Translations under genes and position numbers: made by a program | Source: Octopus sinensis | Taxonomy: Eukaryota | Length of the DNA stretch: 57,941 nt | Reading direction: 5' to 3' | Assembly (NCBI RefSeq): GCF_006345805.1 | Contig: NW_021833619.1 | Location: 1 to 57,941, forward strand | The notes under the pieces: generated by a model | Told to the model about the DNA's origin: nothing | Databases searched by the model: none | Seen by the model: only the letters and a program-made list of their open reading frames with translations | Shown: positions 54,391 through 57,941 of the stretch, piece by piece | Numbering within the stretch: position 1 is the stretch's first letter | Layout of the letters: every line of letters begins with the position of its first letter

Positions 54391-54974
54391 ATATTGTATA
54401 TATGTATGCAAATCGAAAGCTATACAGACACAATCTCATATCTCCTCCCGTCTTTTTCTTTCATTCTCTCTTCCTCTCTCTCTTTCTCTTTTCTGTCTCG
54501 CTATCCATATCCATACAATCAAGGGCCTTGCATGATTCCCATGTATGCACTTTCACGACAAAAAACAGACGGAGATCTAACAATCAATCCCGTGCACTCT
54601 TGTTCTTTCTTAATACGAACTTCACTACAAACCTACTACGCAGCTCAACACTTCACCTCGCTCGTATTCTTTCTGCCTGCACAAGTGCTTTTGTTTACAT
54701 CAGACTACTTAAAGCGGGTAAACAATCTCTAGTGTGATATTATAAAACACCACGAGGAAAGATACGTGATTCAGATACCAAGCAGTAACATAATTTTCAG
54801 CTGATTTTCTATAATGTTAAGCTACGACAGCGTCAGTGTGTACTGCGATGAGGACAGCAGATGTCATTCACGTCGGTATATACACTAGGTCGAACTGTCA
54901 TTGAAAGACAGAGTACTACGCTATGCTATCTATCCTCATACATAAACAAAACCATGTAGACTTTCACTTACTTT

Positions 54975-55734
54975 TTTACTCTTTTACTTCATTCACTCAC
55001 GTGGCTGTGTCCATGCTCGAGCACCACCTTTGGTCGAGCAAATCGACCCCAGGACTAATACTTTGTCAGCCTAGTACTTATTCTATCGGGCTCTTATGCC
55101 GAACGGTTAAGTTACGGGGAGATAAACACACCAAAATCGGTTGTCAAGCGATGTTTATGGGGAGGGGGGGCAAACATAAACACACTAACATATACTCACA
55201 CACATCCATTCATACATATATATATATATTGATATATATATATATATATCATTATATAGTATGTATGTAATTTGTGTGTATATGTTAGTGTGTTTATATA
55301 TATATGTATGTATGTATGTGTGTGTATATGTTAGTGTGTTTATGTTTGCCCCCTCCCATAACATCGCATGACAGCCGATTTTGGTGTGTTTATCTATATA
55401 TATATAAGAGCGAGTTATAAACAGTAACTACAACACATCGTGACGTATATTTGCCATTTAAATATGGTTAACTGCTAAGGGTGGATGCTACTGTAGTTTG
55501 TAGCCCCAGGAGGACACACTCCTCCAGCTGGCTAGATAGATATAGATAAGATATAGATATACATTTATACAATGGGCTTCTTTCAGTTTCCATCTATCAC
55601 ATCCACTCACAATGCTTTGGTCGGCCCGAGTCTATAGTAGAAGTCACTTGCCCAAGGTGCCGCGCCGTGGGACTGAACCCGGAACCATCTGGCTGGTAAG
55701 CAAGCTACTTACCACACAGACCACTCCTACGCCT
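54975..55734 (-). mobile_element. S2 SINE interrupted by microsatellite, a local inversion and a repeat fragment
   Basis: Tail at 54975-55205 and head at 55570-55734. Confidence 0.8.
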
Positions 55735-57373
55735 ATTTTTGTTAGATTCTGTAAATTATGTAAACGACATAGTTTATTAAATTATAGTCAAATTTCAAGA
55801 TAAGACCACATTGGTATGGGTGTCTGTTTTCTTTGCGAAGATATATTCCTCGGAGGCAGTTGCGTCGTCTAGAAAATGGGGGAGGCATAAAAGAAGGTTA
55901 AATACAACACGTTTGATATTAGTGATAAGGATGTGTGTTGATAGCGGCGTCAAAGTCAAATGACAGGAAGCTGTGAACTATGAAATACAACGTTTGATAG
56001 TTGATATTATGCAGCACATGTTCAGGATAAACGGAGCTTACTGATAGGAAACTTGAGTCGAACTTATACACACACACATGCACACACAACAAACACACAC
56101 ATGTACACACAACATATATATATATAGATATATGTAATATATTATATATATATAATAATATTAGATATATATATATTATATATATTATAACTTCATCCAT
56201 ATATAAAAAAGTATATATGTATATATAACTATATGTAGATATATATAATATATATATAATATATATAGTATAATATACATATGCGTATATATGCAAATAT
56301 ATACACACAAATACACATACACACACACATATATAAGTATTTGTATATAAATATTCATATATATACATACGTATATATATATATATATATGCATACACAC
56401 ACAACCATACATGTAAGTACTGTATATGCATATGTGTATATCTTTGTGTGTGTGTATATGTGTACATGTGTGATTGTGTGTGTGTGTACATGTGTGATTG
56501 TGTGTGTGTGTGTGTGTGTGTGTGCAATGTTAATAAATAAATACTAAATAGTATAAAGTAAACAGCGCTGGAAATATGTAGCAATTATTATTAACGTTTC
56601 GCTAATTTAGGTCAGTATCGTGTGTCTTTACTGAGATGAATATATCAATTTCTATCTCTATCTATCTTTACCACTCTCGCCTCTCTCTCTCTTTCTCTTT
56701 CTAAGAAAGATTATTAATATTTCTCTCTCTTTGTCTTTCTTATTCTATTCACCAAAGTACTTGTATCTCTCTTCGTATAAATCAAGTGAAGCAGGAAAGC
56801 AAAAAGGAAGCAAAAATAATAAGTAAAAATAACAAAACTAGAAGAAGAAATACTGCAAAAATATTTATTTCATCCTTCCGAAATTAAATGTTCTTATTTA
56901 ATATCCACCCAACCTCAATATCCACCACCACTAGCATATTTACCAAAAAAAGATTCGAAAGAGAAAAACATTCTTCTCTTACGCTTAAGCCCCTATTTGA
57001 CATTGGACACTTATAAGGACAGGTGAAAAAGCGTATAAACAAAATCATAAAAACACTGTTGACGCTAAGAAAATGAATTCTTCCACTTGACAACCTCTTG
57101 TTCCAGAGTTTCAATGAAGATATTCTACGTCAGTAAATCTTCAAGACCTTGCTAAAAATCAAGAGGATTATTTCTGGTGGATGTTGTTTAGTTCAATTCC
57201 GTTTATATTTTATGAAATCTTGTTATTTACCTTAAACATTTATACTTAAACATGTCAATTATTATTATAAGATTTTCTTTTTTTCTTTTAGTGAAATATA
57301 AATTGATCCGCGTATCCATGACCTTAAAAATTCAATACGTGTATATCTGTGTATGTATACGTGGCTATGTATA

Positions 57374-57489
57374 CCTGTGTGTGTATATCTTTGTGTCACT
57401 CAGTGCGCCTGTGTGTGTGTATATCTTTGTGTCACTCAGTGCGCCTGTGTCTGTGTATATCTTTGTGTCACTCAGTGCGCCTTTGTGTG
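57374..57489. repeat. 36-bp minisatellite, about 3 copies
   Basis: atatctttgtgtcactcagtgcgcct at 57385, 57421 and 57457. Confidence 0.95.
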
Positions 57490-57941
57490 TGAATGCTTTA
57501 GCATTTATGTGAATACCTGTGTGCGTATATAAATGAGTCTGTCTGCATACATTTAGATGTGTGTGTGGTTAACATAAGCGCTTCAAAATGAAGATTATCA
57601 AGTTGATCTTTTGTGATTACAAAACAAGCTTTTTTCCTAGTAACTGACGGTTTTCTTTTATTTATGATTGCTTTTTCATTCGAAAATCACATACATGAAT
57701 AGACGAATAAATATTTCTTATATTAATCTCCTTCTCCAACCTGGTAAACTTCAGAAATACCGTAAATTCTAACACGGAATACAAATTTCAAAATGTTATC
57801 TTTCATAGAATAAACCAGAAAACATTAGAAATGCCGTGATATTTTTTTAATAATTGTTTGCAGCGTTCTAAAGTCACAATATTGTTTATAGGATAATCAT
57901 GCATTACATTCAGTGATATTACAGGTCAATCGACCAGCGTG

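Noticed and set aside
57374-57489. 36-bp repeats of CRISPR-like length
   Set aside because: Head-to-tail with no unique spacers; a minisatellite.

Overview
AT-rich, repeat-dense eukaryotic non-coding DNA, probably intronic or intergenic. The SINE families and microsatellite density suggest an octopus or other coleoid cephalopod (inference). There is no intact protein-coding gene: most listed ORFs are translations of (TA)n, (TG)n, (TCTA)n or (ATC)n, and the rest are decayed transposon fragments (mariner, Tc1, maT/DD37D, Chapaev3-like, CR1, RTE, R4/Dong-like RLE LINEs) among many tRNA-derived SINEs. The main unexplained signal is a set of short non-coding elements, mostly beside or between (TA)n tracts, that carry type I hammerhead ribozyme (HHR) motifs with palindromic stem III. 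I count about 11 recognisable motifs in at least 5 sequence families, some with shared non-canonical cores (CUGUNGA, CCGAUGA), and several are arranged as long inverted repeats. The best example (2952-4319) is a ~483-bp unit present as one inverted and two tandem copies. The unit holds an H-type pseudoknot, an HHR with a long stem II insertion, and a 3' domain whose helices covary with related elements at 19 kb and 34 kb. This fits a Penelope-like pLTR / retrozyme system that could release a ~483-nt self-cleaved, possibly circular, RNA. All structures were read by eye; no folding or database searches were run.
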